NCBI GenBank assembly: GCA_035545995.1
Contig: DASZXH010000053.1
Coordinates: 33,345 to 97,344, forward strand
Origin: Verrucomicrobiia bacterium
GTDB taxonomy: Bacteria > Verrucomicrobiota > Verrucomicrobiia > Limisphaerales > UBA11358
Direction of reading: 5' to 3'
Length of the DNA: 64,000 nt
A program made the position numbers and the translations under genes. Below are positions 25,507 to 33,858 of this stretch, piece by piece. Below the pieces are notes generated by a model. It was not told the DNA's origin. It saw only the letters and a list, made by a program, of their open reading frames with translations, and did no database searches. Numbering within the stretch: the first letter of the stretch is position 1; each line of letters opens with the position of its first letter.

Positions 25507-27728
25507 CATTTCAAATTGTAGCAAGCCCAGAGATGGAGGCGGTGCAAAACGCGGTTGCCCGATTTGATTTCTTTTATGCCCAAATCGGTGACGGTTTGAA
25601 ATTGGCCGGCGATGGTTTCCGGCGTGGTTTCCGGCGCGGGAATTTCCTTGTATCGAATCGGCTCGTGCAAAAGCCATTTCCAAAACCAGCCGTGTTCCAG
25701 CGAATAGGGATTCAATTCTTCGGCGTAAATGGCATTCTCGCCTTTGCGGGTGGCGCGATAATCGTATTCCGGCCAGAAATAAAATTGGTTCACGGGCTGG
25801 CCGGACAGCGCGCTGTAAACCAGCGGCTGGGTGTGAAGCGCAGCTTTGGCTGCGGGCAAATAGAACGAAAACAAGCCGGTAATGCCGTAATGGTCGCAAA
25901 GGATGAACGCGGGTTGATGCGATTGCGCCTGAAGTTTTTCGCGTTCCGCTTCGACCAGCGACACGGCTTGTTTCCATTCGCGCACGCGGTGGGACGGGTC
26001 CCTTTCGCCGGGCAACGGCTGGCCGGTGATTTTGCCGGGCAGGTTGTAGTCATACAAAACGGCGACGACGAAAAAGCCGATGAGCAATCCGATGGCGAGA
26101 AATGGTTTCACAAGGCGCGAACCGTTTTGCAGGCGCGCGTTCCAATAAAGTCCCATCAAAATGAATGCCGGCAAAATGGCGGGCGCAATCCAGTTCGGCA
26201 AAATGCGCGAGTGCAGCGAATAAATCAAATGGCCAAGCAGGATGGGCGCGCTCATGCAAAAGAAATAAAGCCACAACGGATGCTCGCGCCGCCATTTGCC
26301 GATAGCGAACATCGCCCAAATTGCGCCGATGAAAAAGACGGGATTCAGCAATGCAAATTCGCTGAACAAGTAATCCCAAAGGAAACGCAGCGTCGGTTTC
26401 CATTGGGCATTCAAACCGGCGTTGCCAGCGACGTGATGCATGGTGATCCAACCATGTTGCGCGTTCCAAATGATGATGGGCAACGTGCAAATCAGGAAAA
26501 TGAGCAGCGCAAACCACGGACCGCGTCGGCGCAAATGAATCCGCGCGGGCGGCCACAGGATGAAAAAAATTCCGAAACAGAGAATCAGGTAAATCGCGCT
26601 GTATTTGCAGAGGAAGGCCAGTCCGGTTGCCAAGCCGACCGCCAGCCAGTCGCGAAGTTTTCCGTCCGATTGCAACGCGCGCCAGCCCGCGAGGATGGCC
26701 CACGTCCAGCACAACACCAATGGCGAATCAATCGTCATCAAAATCGCGCCGACACCGAGCAACGGCACGGCGGTCGCGACCAGCAACAAATAAAACGCGA
26801 CGCGCGCACCGGCTTCCCGCGCCAGAAACCGGAACACGATGAAACTCAAGATGGCCGCAAACAATGGCGGGAAAAACCGGACGCCGAATTCCGTGTCGCC
26901 GAAGAGGTGCGTGCCGGTGAATTGAATCAGCGCGATGCCCGGCGGTTTGCTGTAATACGACAGCGCAAGATGTTTCGACCAGACCCATTGATACGCTTCG
27001 TCTTGACTTAAATTGATGACGCCGCTGTGAATGTAAAGCCAACGCCCGACGAGCATCGCCACAATCAAAAAATAACCAAGCCGCCGCCATTCGACTTCGG
27101 ATTGCGACGCTTGCGCTTCCAGTTTTGGATTCAACAACGACGGCAATCTCGCCTGCCACGCCGGAAAGAATTTCTTTCCGAAAAATCGCCAGCCTGCTTC
27201 GACAGCGACGGCAATGGCAACGGCATAACCCGCGCCTAAAATATCGCCGGCCAAAACGTCCGATGGATAATGCACGCCGCAATAGACGCGCGAAAACGAA
27301 ACGGCCAGCGCCACCGGCAGCATGAACCACACGCTGCGCCGGTAAAACAGGAAGGCAATCATCGTGGCGGCGAACCAGTTGGCGGCGTGCGCGGACGGCA
27401 TACTGCCCGAATGCGTGCAGCCGAGCCGCTCAATCACGTCCGGTAGCACGATGCACGGTCGCGGACGCGCGACGGCGTGTTTGATGGTGTTGACGATAAG
27501 CGGGTCGCCGATGACCACGACGAGCAGAATCATCAGCACGCACAGCCGCAACCGCAAGTTACCGAAGAAAATCGCAGTTAATCCAGCGATAAGCGCAACC
27601 GGAACGAACCACGCCATCACGCCGTTGCCGCCGCTCAATCGCGGCATGAGCCAGTCAAACAAAGGATTGCTCAACGTGCCGTTGATGAAATGAAAAAGCG
27701 CGATGTCGAGCGATTGCAGCCAGTGCAT
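25506..27728 (-). CDS. fusion of a PAP2 lipid phosphatase with an ArnT/PMT-like family-39 glycosyltransferase
   Basis: 740 aa. The N-terminus has PAP2 motifs KHAVARPRP, PSAHA, SRVYCGVHYPSD. The remaining ~540 aa are polytopic with the GT39/ArnT-like opening (DEAYQWVWSKHLALSYYSKPP) and a C-terminal periplasmic domain. Confidence 0.8.
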   Translation of the reverse strand: MHWLQSLDIALFHFINGTLSNPLFDWLMPRLSGGNGVMAWFVPVALIAGLTAIFFGNLRLRLCVLMILLVVVIGDPLIVNTIKHAVARPRPCIVLPDVIERLGCTHSGSMPSAHAANWFAATMIAFLFYRRSVWFMLPVALAVSFSRVYCGVHYPSDVLAGDILGAGYAVAIAVAVEAGWRFFGKKFFPAWQARLPSLLNPKLEAQASQSEVEWRRLGYFLIVAMLVGRWLYIHSGVINLSQDEAYQWVWSKHLALSYYSKPPGIALIQFTGTHLFGDTEFGVRFFPPLFAAILSFIVFRFLAREAGARVAFYLLLVATAVPLLGVGAILMTIDSPLVLCWTWAILAGWRALQSDGKLRDWLAVGLATGLAFLCKYSAIYLILCFGIFFILWPPARIHLRRRGPWFALLIFLICTLPIIIWNAQHGWITMHHVAGNAGLNAQWKPTLRFLWDYLFSEFALLNPVFFIGAIWAMFAIGKWRREHPLWLYFFCMSAPILLGHLIYSLHSRILPNWIAPAILPAFILMGLYWNARLQNGSRLVKPFLAIGLLIGFFVVAVLYDYNLPGKITGQPLPGERDPSHRVREWKQAVSLVEAEREKLQAQSHQPAFILCDHYGITGLFSFYLPAAKAALHTQPLVYSALSGQPVNQFYFWPEYDYRATRKGENAIYAEELNPYSLEHGWFWKWLLHEPIRYKEIPAPETTPETIAGQFQTVTDLGIKEIKSGNRVLHRLHLWACYNLK

Positions 27729-27779
27729 TGCCGAAAGTGTAACGAAAAAATGCGGTATAGAAAACGGAATTACATCGTT

Positions 27780-28310
27780 TCAATAGGCCACGATGGAGCG
27801 GATGGGATAGCCCTTCAATTTTTCGCGCCCGTTCAGGAATTTCAATTCGATGAGGAAACCGACTTCAAGGATTTGCGCGCCGAGTTTTTTTACGAGCGCC
27901 ACTGCTGCTGCCGCCGTGCCGCCGGTGGCGAGCAAATCGTCAATCAGCAGCACGCGCGCGTTGGGCTTGAGCGCGTCGGTGTGCATGGCGATGACCGCCG
28001 AGCCGTATTCGAGCGCGTAATCCTGTTCGTGAGTCTGGTAGGGCAGTTTGCCTTTTTTGCGGACGGGCACAAAGCCGGCGTTCAATTTCAACGCGGCGGC
28101 GGCGGCGAAGATGAAGCCGCGCGCGTCAATGCCCACGACGGCGTCCACGTCGCTGGGCTTGAATTTTTGCGTGAGCAGTTCAATCGCGCCGGTGAACAGG
28201 CGCGCGTCGGCGAGCACGGGCGTGATGTCCTTGAACTGGATTCCGGGTTTGGGGAAATCGGAAATGTTGCGGATGGCGCGTTCGATTTCGGCGGGCGCGA
28301 CGGATGGCAT
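27780..28310 (-). CDS. apt: adenine phosphoribosyltransferase
   Basis: 176 aa. DFPKPGIQFKDITP, PRPP loop VLLIDDLLATGGTA. Confidence 0.96.
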   Translation of the reverse strand: MPSVAPAEIERAIRNISDFPKPGIQFKDITPVLADARLFTGAIELLTQKFKPSDVDAVVGIDARGFIFAAAAALKLNAGFVPVRKKGKLPYQTHEQDYALEYGSAVIAMHTDALKPNARVLLIDDLLATGGTAAAAVALVKKLGAQILEVGFLIELKFLNGREKLKGYPIRSIVAY

Positions 28311-29300
28311 TTATTGCTCCTTGTTTTTTTGGGCTTCGAGTTTTTCAATCATCTTGCGCAGTTTGCGCAGGGCGAGATTTTGGATTTGCCGGACGCGTTC
28401 GCGGGTGACGCCGAATTTCGCGCCGACTTCTTCCAGCGTTTTTTCCGAGCCGCCATCGAGACCGAAGCGATAGCGCAAAATGGTCGCCTCGCGTTCGTCC
28501 AGATGCTTGACCATATCCTGCAACATGCCGGTGACGGTTTTATCTTCGAGTTGTTCGTAAGGCGTTTCGGCGTTTTCATCCTGGACGATTTCGGCGAAGT
28601 TATTCGATTCGTCGTCGCCAATCGGCGCGTCGAGCGACGCGGGACGAATCGCCGCCAAACGCATCTGGCGGACGCGCGCGGCGGTCATGCCGAGTTCACC
28701 GGCCAATTCTTCGTCGGTCGGTTCGTGGCCGAGTTCTTCCTGCAATTTCATCGCGATACGGCGCATCTTGGAAATTTTGTCCACGAGATGCACGGGCAGG
28801 CGAATGGTCTTGGATTGATTGGCGAGGGCGCGTTTGATGGCCTGCTTGATCCACCACGAGCCGTAAGTGGACAGTTTGCCGCCTTTTTTCGGGTCAAACC
28901 GCTCGACGGCTTTCATCAAACCGATGTTGCCTTCGGAAATCAAATCGAGCAGCGGCAAGCCAATGCCTTCGTAATCGCGCGCGATTTTCACGACGAGACG
29001 CAGATTGGCTTTAATCATCTGCTCGCGCGCTTTTTTGTCGCCCTTTTTTATTTTGGCCGCGAGTTCAATTTCTTCCTGCGGCGTGAGCAATTTGACCTGC
29101 CCGATTTCACGCAGATAAAGTTTGATGGCGGTGTCGGCGTCGTAGCGCGTCGTTTCGTGGCGGATGAACGCGGTCGTGTCGCCTTCCGTCGGCTTGGGCG
29201 GGGATGGTGGCGGCGCAATCACTGGAGCGACCGCCGTCGCGGGAATTTTCACGCGCTTCTGCAATTTGGTCGCCATGCGTTTTTTGGTTTTGGCCGCCAT
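28311..29300 (-). CDS. rpoD: RpoD-family (primary-like) sigma-70 factor
   Basis: Regions 1.2-4 are present: IKLYLREIGQVKLLT, NLRLVVKIARDY, EGNIGLMKAVERFD, YGSWWIKQAIKRAL, TLEEVGAKFGVTRERVRQIQNLALRKLR. The start is uncertain (29300, 29324 or 29339). The stop abuts the apt start. Confidence 0.9.
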   Translation of the reverse strand: MAAKTKKRMATKLQKRVKIPATAVAPVIAPPPSPPKPTEGDTTAFIRHETTRYDADTAIKLYLREIGQVKLLTPQEEIELAAKIKKGDKKAREQMIKANLRLVVKIARDYEGIGLPLLDLISEGNIGLMKAVERFDPKKGGKLSTYGSWWIKQAIKRALANQSKTIRLPVHLVDKISKMRRIAMKLQEELGHEPTDEELAGELGMTAARVRQMRLAAIRPASLDAPIGDDESNNFAEIVQDENAETPYEQLEDKTVTGMLQDMVKHLDEREATILRYRFGLDGGSEKTLEEVGAKFGVTRERVRQIQNLALRKLRKMIEKLEAQKNKEQ

Positions 29301-29355
29301 GAACGGGGAAAACGTTAAACGCATGGAGCGCGGCTGCAAAGAAAATTAGTTCAAA

Positions 29356-30057
29356 TCACCGGCGATTGTCGCGGGCCAAGGTGATGTAATAAAGCAATTG
29401 CAGGATTGAAGTGACCAGCGCAGCCACGTAAGTGAGCGCGGCGGCATCCAGCACCTTTGCCACACCCGCGCGTTCATGCTCGTGAACGAGTCCCAGACGA
29501 AACAATTGTTCCTTTGCGCGACGGCTGGCATCGTATTCGACGGGCAGGGTGACCAGTTGGAACAGCGTGATGACGGAAAAGGTGGCGACGATAATCCACA
29601 AGGCAATCGGCAAAAAGTGCATGAACATTCCCAAAAGCAAAATGCCCATGTAAGCCATGCTGGCGAAATTTGTCACCGGCACGAGCGCCATGCGGAAATT
29701 GAACAGGGCATACGCGGCTTGATGTTGCAGCGCGTGGCCGGATTCATGCGCCGCCACGCCGACCGCCGCAACGGTGCGACCATGAAAATTGTCGGAAGAC
29801 AAAAACAGCGCGCGTTTGGTGGGGTCATAATGGTCAGTCAAACTGCCGGGAACTTCTTCGACCGGCATATCGTTGAGACCGGCGGAGTCGAGAATCCGGC
29901 GAGCCGCCTGCGCGCCGGTCATATTTGAATCCACCGGTATTTTACTGTATTTGGCGTAAGTGTGGTGCAATTTGATTTGCGCCCAGATGCCAAGCAGCAG
30001 GCCGGGAATCAAAAACAGCCAATACAAACCGATAGATTGGAACGAATTGTAAATCAT
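29356..30057 (-). CDS. membrane zinc metallopeptidase (YugP-like, Zn_peptidase_2 family)
   Basis: 233 aa. HESGHALQH zinc motif, with N- and C-terminal TM helices. Confidence 0.85.
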   Translation of the reverse strand: MIYNSFQSIGLYWLFLIPGLLLGIWAQIKLHHTYAKYSKIPVDSNMTGAQAARRILDSAGLNDMPVEEVPGSLTDHYDPTKRALFLSSDNFHGRTVAAVGVAAHESGHALQHQAAYALFNFRMALVPVTNFASMAYMGILLLGMFMHFLPIALWIIVATFSVITLFQLVTLPVEYDASRRAKEQLFRLGLVHEHERAGVAKVLDAAALTYVAALVTSILQLLYYITLARDNRR

Positions 30058-30231
30058 AATTCAAAACAATGGACAGCGCATTTGCTGTTTCATTCAATCA
30101 AGCTGCGTTTGTGCCAATTCAAATCTCCTTTAATTTAATCGTTTTCGCCCGCGATGAAAGAATTTTCTGCGCCAGCGCGGCGCAAGTGAGACAATGAAAA
30201 TTGGCACAGACAATTGTCACGGAGTGACGAT

Positions 30232-30261
30232 TGAAAATAGCCCGCGTTAAAACGGCGGGCT
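30232..30261 (-). terminator. intrinsic terminator (usable in both directions)
   Basis: AGCCCGC-GTTAAAACG-GCGGGCT hairpin (30239-30261), flanked by GAAAAT upstream and GTTATCTTTT downstream. Confidence 0.5.
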
Positions 30262-30319
30262 GTTATCTTTTGGGATTATGTCTTTGACCAACGAACCGCG
30301 AAATAACGAGGATGTTTTC

Positions 30320-30348
30320 TCCCTCTCCCCGTTTGGCGGGGAGAGGGA
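30320..30348. repeat. REP-like hairpin TCCCTCTCCCCG-TTTGG-CGGGGAGAGGGA
   Basis: Perfect 12-bp stem. It belongs to the same sequence family as the two hairpins inside ogg and the decayed copy at the murG 3' end. Confidence 0.8.
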
Positions 30349-30382
30349 ATTAAAATTGTTTGTGAACGGGATAATTCCCATC

Positions 30383-30427
30383 TCATATTTCCAAAACCTT
30401 CTCAAACCGTGTCAGATTTTTCGCGCC
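30383..30427 (-). pseudogene. orphan duplicate of the last 14 codons plus stop of the M24 peptidase gene
   Basis: It translates to GAKNLTRFEKVLEI*, identical to the end of the 33859..34983 gene. The two copies differ at 5 nt, all synonymous. It overlaps the stop codon of the 997-aa ORF by 1 nt. Confidence 0.8.
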
Positions 30428-33420
30428 TACTGGCCGCAGATGTTGGTGGCGACGACCATGGAGAAATAATCCACATCACCCCAATCCTGAATCACCACGC
30501 CAATGTCGTTGGTGCCGTAATGTAGCAGATTCGGCGCGACGTCGTTAAACGCTTTGAAGGATGACCAAACCGCATACATGTTATTGTTGTTTCTTGTGTC
30601 AATATAGACGCCATTGACATACAACCAGTAGACGTTGTCTATGGCGATGGCGTATTGCACCTGCGACAGGACGGCGTTGGTGGGAATATACAGGGCGATG
30701 TGATTTGTCCACGTTGAATCCACGGCATTCGTCGTGGGCGGCCAATAGGTGTTCGGCAACGGATCAAGATTGGGGTATTGATTCGTGCCATAGCTGGAAA
30801 ACGGCGCTTGCAGGTTGCCCAGATGCACCGGATGGTTGGTGTCGGATATATCCGTCACGTCCCAGACGGCGTTCGCCGGTATCAAATCGTTGGGATTTTG
30901 ACCGGACACGGCAATCTCGTTGGAGACGGGCGATTCATGGGTAATGCCGGTGGCATAATCGTAGGATTCAAACGTCACGATGTAATAGTTGGTCTGGCCG
31001 ACGGGAGCGTTGGTGTCCAGATAATTCATCTGGCCGGGGCTGTTGGTGGCGATGGCCGTGTAAGGGCCGCCGGAAACGGCGGAGCGGTAGACGATGAAAT
31101 CCTCAAGGTTGAGATTTTCCTGCTGGTCGTTGGCGTCCAGCGCCCAATCCAGTTGTGACACGATGCTGAAGGGATTGCAGTCTGGAAATAAAACCGGCCC
31201 GTCAACGAATTGCAGGGTGACGGTGCTCGTGGCCGCGTCGCCGCAATCATCACCGACATCAGCGACGATGTAATTGAAAGTGTCCGTGCCGGAGAAATTG
31301 GCGCCGGCGGGAAGGTAAATATAATTCGGGTCGGTGGACAACCCCGACACATTAGTCACCGTGCCATGCGCGGGCTGGAAGAGCGGGGCATAATAGGCTT
31401 CGCCGCAGCCATAATCCCCGCCGGACAGGGTGAAGCTGGCCGGGTTCGTGCCAAAGACCAGCGCCGTAACGGGATTGGCATAGAGTTGGTTGGCAATGGT
31501 TAACGTGACGGTGGCCGGAGTGGAAGTATATTGACCGTCGCTGGCCGTGAAGGTGAAACTATCCTGACCTTCATAACAGGAATTTGGAACGTAAGTGACA
31601 TTGGTCACCTCGCTGCCATAATTTTCATTGGTTACATAAGTTAATGTACCATGTGCGGGATAAGTCAAAATGGAAAAAGTCAATGGCAAGCCACTCTGTG
31701 CAAATGCGGTCAAAGTAATATTATTTGTTGAGTTCGGACATGGAGCTTCGTTATCGCCAAAAGCTATCGGATACACTTGGGGATTGGCGATGAGGTTGTT
31801 GGTGGCTGAATAATATGCCGGGTCAAGCAGGTAATTCGTGTTTTGCAGCAGCGTCAAAATGACAGTCTGGTTGGGTTTCAAGCCGTCGGCAATCGGGTTA
31901 ATATCAACCTCCGCATAACTTTGATTGGGAGAAATAGTGACCATGCCCGTAAGGTTGGAGTAATCAATGCCATTTTGCGCCGTGCCGCCGATGGAATAAT
32001 AAACGGTGACATCATTGGTATGCCGGCCTTGGTCAGCGATATAAAAGCCGCCGGAGTATCCCGGATCGTTGTTGGCGGGATTTGGCTCCTTTGAATCCCC
32101 AATGTCCACAATCACCATGACGGGATTGGCGTGATGCACGCGAAAGAAGGTTGTCGCATTGGTTATCGGCACGGGCGTAAAATCCATATAACTCCCGTAG
32201 GCGCTCGGCAAGATTTGCCCCAAGTCCCAATTGGTGTTCGACAAATTGGTGGTGGAAAGCAGTTGGTAGTTGTCGCCGCTTGCGGGGTTGTGCAACCGCA
32301 AGCCAAGATTGGGAGCTTCATTGCTGGCCTCCAACCATAAACCGTTAGGGTCAATCATCATCGGGGTAAAGCCATTGGGCTGATACTCTTCATTGGCGGG
32401 ATAGAGCATCTGCTGGATGAGCACGGCCATCGTTGCGGCTTGAGTTTGGGCGATGGCAGTCGCCTGCGCGGTGCTCATCCGTCCGGCGGATGCAGGCGCG
32501 AGTTGGCCGCCGGTGTCATCTACAATGAACTCGTTGTTGGTCACCGCATAAATCGGCAGGTCTGACAAACTGGACGGCAGGAAGGGAAAAGGCAGTGCCA
32601 TGAGGTTGTCGTCGGGACTGTTGGTCATTATCCAGAATGTTCCACTGTCAGGCAGGGACGCAGACGATACCGGAGTCAGTCCAGCTTCGTCGGCGGTAGC
32701 TTGCACAACGGAATCCGGTGTGGCATGAACAGATAGAACGGAAGCGGCAAATAATAATGGAACAATCAGCTTGCAACGACGCTTGAAGATATAAACTAAA
32801 AAGCAACTTACTCCAATTAAGGCTAAAGTGGAAGGCTCTGGCACAGAGACAATACCTTCTCGAAACCAGAAGTCTATAGTAGCCCCAGGTAGGCCATTAG
32901 AAAACAGTTGTCCATTGGAATAAGCGTCGTCAGTAAGAACTATTATATCCCACGGATCATCACCGGACAAAACGACTGGTTGCAGGTAATAAGTTTGGCC
33001 GGGAGTCAGGGTGATGGGAGTTGAAAAGAAGAAATTAGTGATGCCAGCAATGCCCAGACCACTATTTACAAATCCGTTGGGCATGAAAACAGGAGCGGTT
33101 GAACCGAGCAAGGTTGCGCCGAAACGAGGGTCTGGCGAACCTGTCCACAGTTCCACAGAAACCGTCGCGCCATTATTGCCATTGTTTGGAATGTCCCAAA
33201 ATTCAAGCGAGACAAATCCAATCGCCGAAAGTGAGGGAATAAAAGATTGCACCAATGGCGAATCTTCTTGGATGTTAAGGCCGTCCGCATTTCCATTGCC
33301 GATAACAGCTACTGGAGCGGTGGCCGACTGCTGGTCATAAACCAGCCCTTGCGCGTGAGCTTGGAGTGAAGCGGTGATAAGCATTACCGCACTGAATAAA
33401 CTGCCAATTATTCTTTTCAT
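30427..33420 (-). CDS. large secreted adhesin-like protein: N-terminal PEP-CTERM module fused to a Calx-beta / Ig-like / FN3 / lectin-like multidomain protein
   Basis: 997 aa. Signal peptide MKRIIGSLFSAVMLITASLQAHA. Internal VPEPSTLALIGVSCFLVYIFKRRCK (aa 193-217). Calx-beta-like VYYSIGGTAQNGIDYSNLTGMVTISPNQSYAEVDINPIADG. Ig-like DSFTFTASDGQYTSTPATVTLTI. FN3-like YRSAVSGGPYTAIA...NYYIVTF. AT-richer than its flanks. Confidence 0.8.
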   Translation of the reverse strand: MKRIIGSLFSAVMLITASLQAHAQGLVYDQQSATAPVAVIGNGNADGLNIQEDSPLVQSFIPSLSAIGFVSLEFWDIPNNGNNGATVSVELWTGSPDPRFGATLLGSTAPVFMPNGFVNSGLGIAGITNFFFSTPITLTPGQTYYLQPVVLSGDDPWDIIVLTDDAYSNGQLFSNGLPGATIDFWFREGIVSVPEPSTLALIGVSCFLVYIFKRRCKLIVPLLFAASVLSVHATPDSVVQATADEAGLTPVSSASLPDSGTFWIMTNSPDDNLMALPFPFLPSSLSDLPIYAVTNNEFIVDDTGGQLAPASAGRMSTAQATAIAQTQAATMAVLIQQMLYPANEEYQPNGFTPMMIDPNGLWLEASNEAPNLGLRLHNPASGDNYQLLSTTNLSNTNWDLGQILPSAYGSYMDFTPVPITNATTFFRVHHANPVMVIVDIGDSKEPNPANNDPGYSGGFYIADQGRHTNDVTVYYSIGGTAQNGIDYSNLTGMVTISPNQSYAEVDINPIADGLKPNQTVILTLLQNTNYLLDPAYYSATNNLIANPQVYPIAFGDNEAPCPNSTNNITLTAFAQSGLPLTFSILTYPAHGTLTYVTNENYGSEVTNVTYVPNSCYEGQDSFTFTASDGQYTSTPATVTLTIANQLYANPVTALVFGTNPASFTLSGGDYGCGEAYYAPLFQPAHGTVTNVSGLSTDPNYIYLPAGANFSGTDTFNYIVADVGDDCGDAATSTVTLQFVDGPVLFPDCNPFSIVSQLDWALDANDQQENLNLEDFIVYRSAVSGGPYTAIATNSPGQMNYLDTNAPVGQTNYYIVTFESYDYATGITHESPVSNEIAVSGQNPNDLIPANAVWDVTDISDTNHPVHLGNLQAPFSSYGTNQYPNLDPLPNTYWPPTTNAVDSTWTNHIALYIPTNAVLSQVQYAIAIDNVYWLYVNGVYIDTRNNNNMYAVWSSFKAFNDVAPNLLHYGTNDIGVVIQDWGDVDYFSMVVATNICGQ

Positions 33421-33503
33421 AAGCCCCTCATCCTGTTTCTGCTGATTTACTGGATTATTCTAAATCCAATACCGGGGCAACGCAAGATGTATCTTAAGTT
33501 TTT

Positions 33504-33522
33504 AACGATATAACGTATCGTT
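33504..33522. promoter_or_regulatory. 7-5-7 inverted repeat AACGATA-TAACG-TATCGTT (candidate XRE operator)
   Basis: Perfect palindrome in the divergent 135-bp region between the 997-aa ORF and the XRE gene, 34 nt upstream of the XRE start. Confidence 0.45.
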
Positions 33523-33555
33523 CATGTTTTTGGGTAAAAAGCGATGTAATATGCC

Positions 33556-33786
33556 GTGGCTATTTCCAAAAAAGAATGGAAACGGATCGAGATTTTCGGC
33601 GCAAATGTCCGCCGTGAACGGGTGCGCAAAGGCTTGACGCAAGATGGATTGGCTGAAAGAGCCGAAATTGCCACGCGCAACCTCCAAAAAATTGAAGCAG
33701 GAGAAATAAATATTCTTGTCACGACCGCTTTCAGGATTCGATTGGCATTGCGATGTCCGTGGAAACGTTTAATGCCTCCTGAATGA
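33556..33786 (+). CDS. XRE-family helix-turn-helix transcriptional regulator
   Basis: 76 aa, GTG start. FGANVRRERVRKGLTQDGLAERAEIATRNLQKIEAGEINILVTT is a canonical Cro/C1-type HTH. Confidence 0.8.
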   Translation: MAISKKEWKRIEIFGANVRRERVRKGLTQDGLAERAEIATRNLQKIEAGEINILVTTAFRIRLALRCPWKRLMPPE

Positions 33787-33858
33787 CACTTGACCATTCC
33801 AGCTATAGTTCATTCGTGTCGAACATGGGAGTGGAGTTTGGTTGGAATGGCGGTCAGT

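Noticed and set aside
25200-27011. 603-aa ORF on the plus strand
   Set aside because: It is antisense to the PAP2-GT39 gene, whose product has clear motifs. Its translation is Arg/Gln/Gly-rich low-complexity sequence, typical of shadow ORFs in GC-rich DNA.
27690-29318. 542-aa ORF on the plus strand
   Set aside because: It is antisense to apt and the rpoD-like gene, both unambiguous. It has no recognisable motifs and the composition of a shadow frame.
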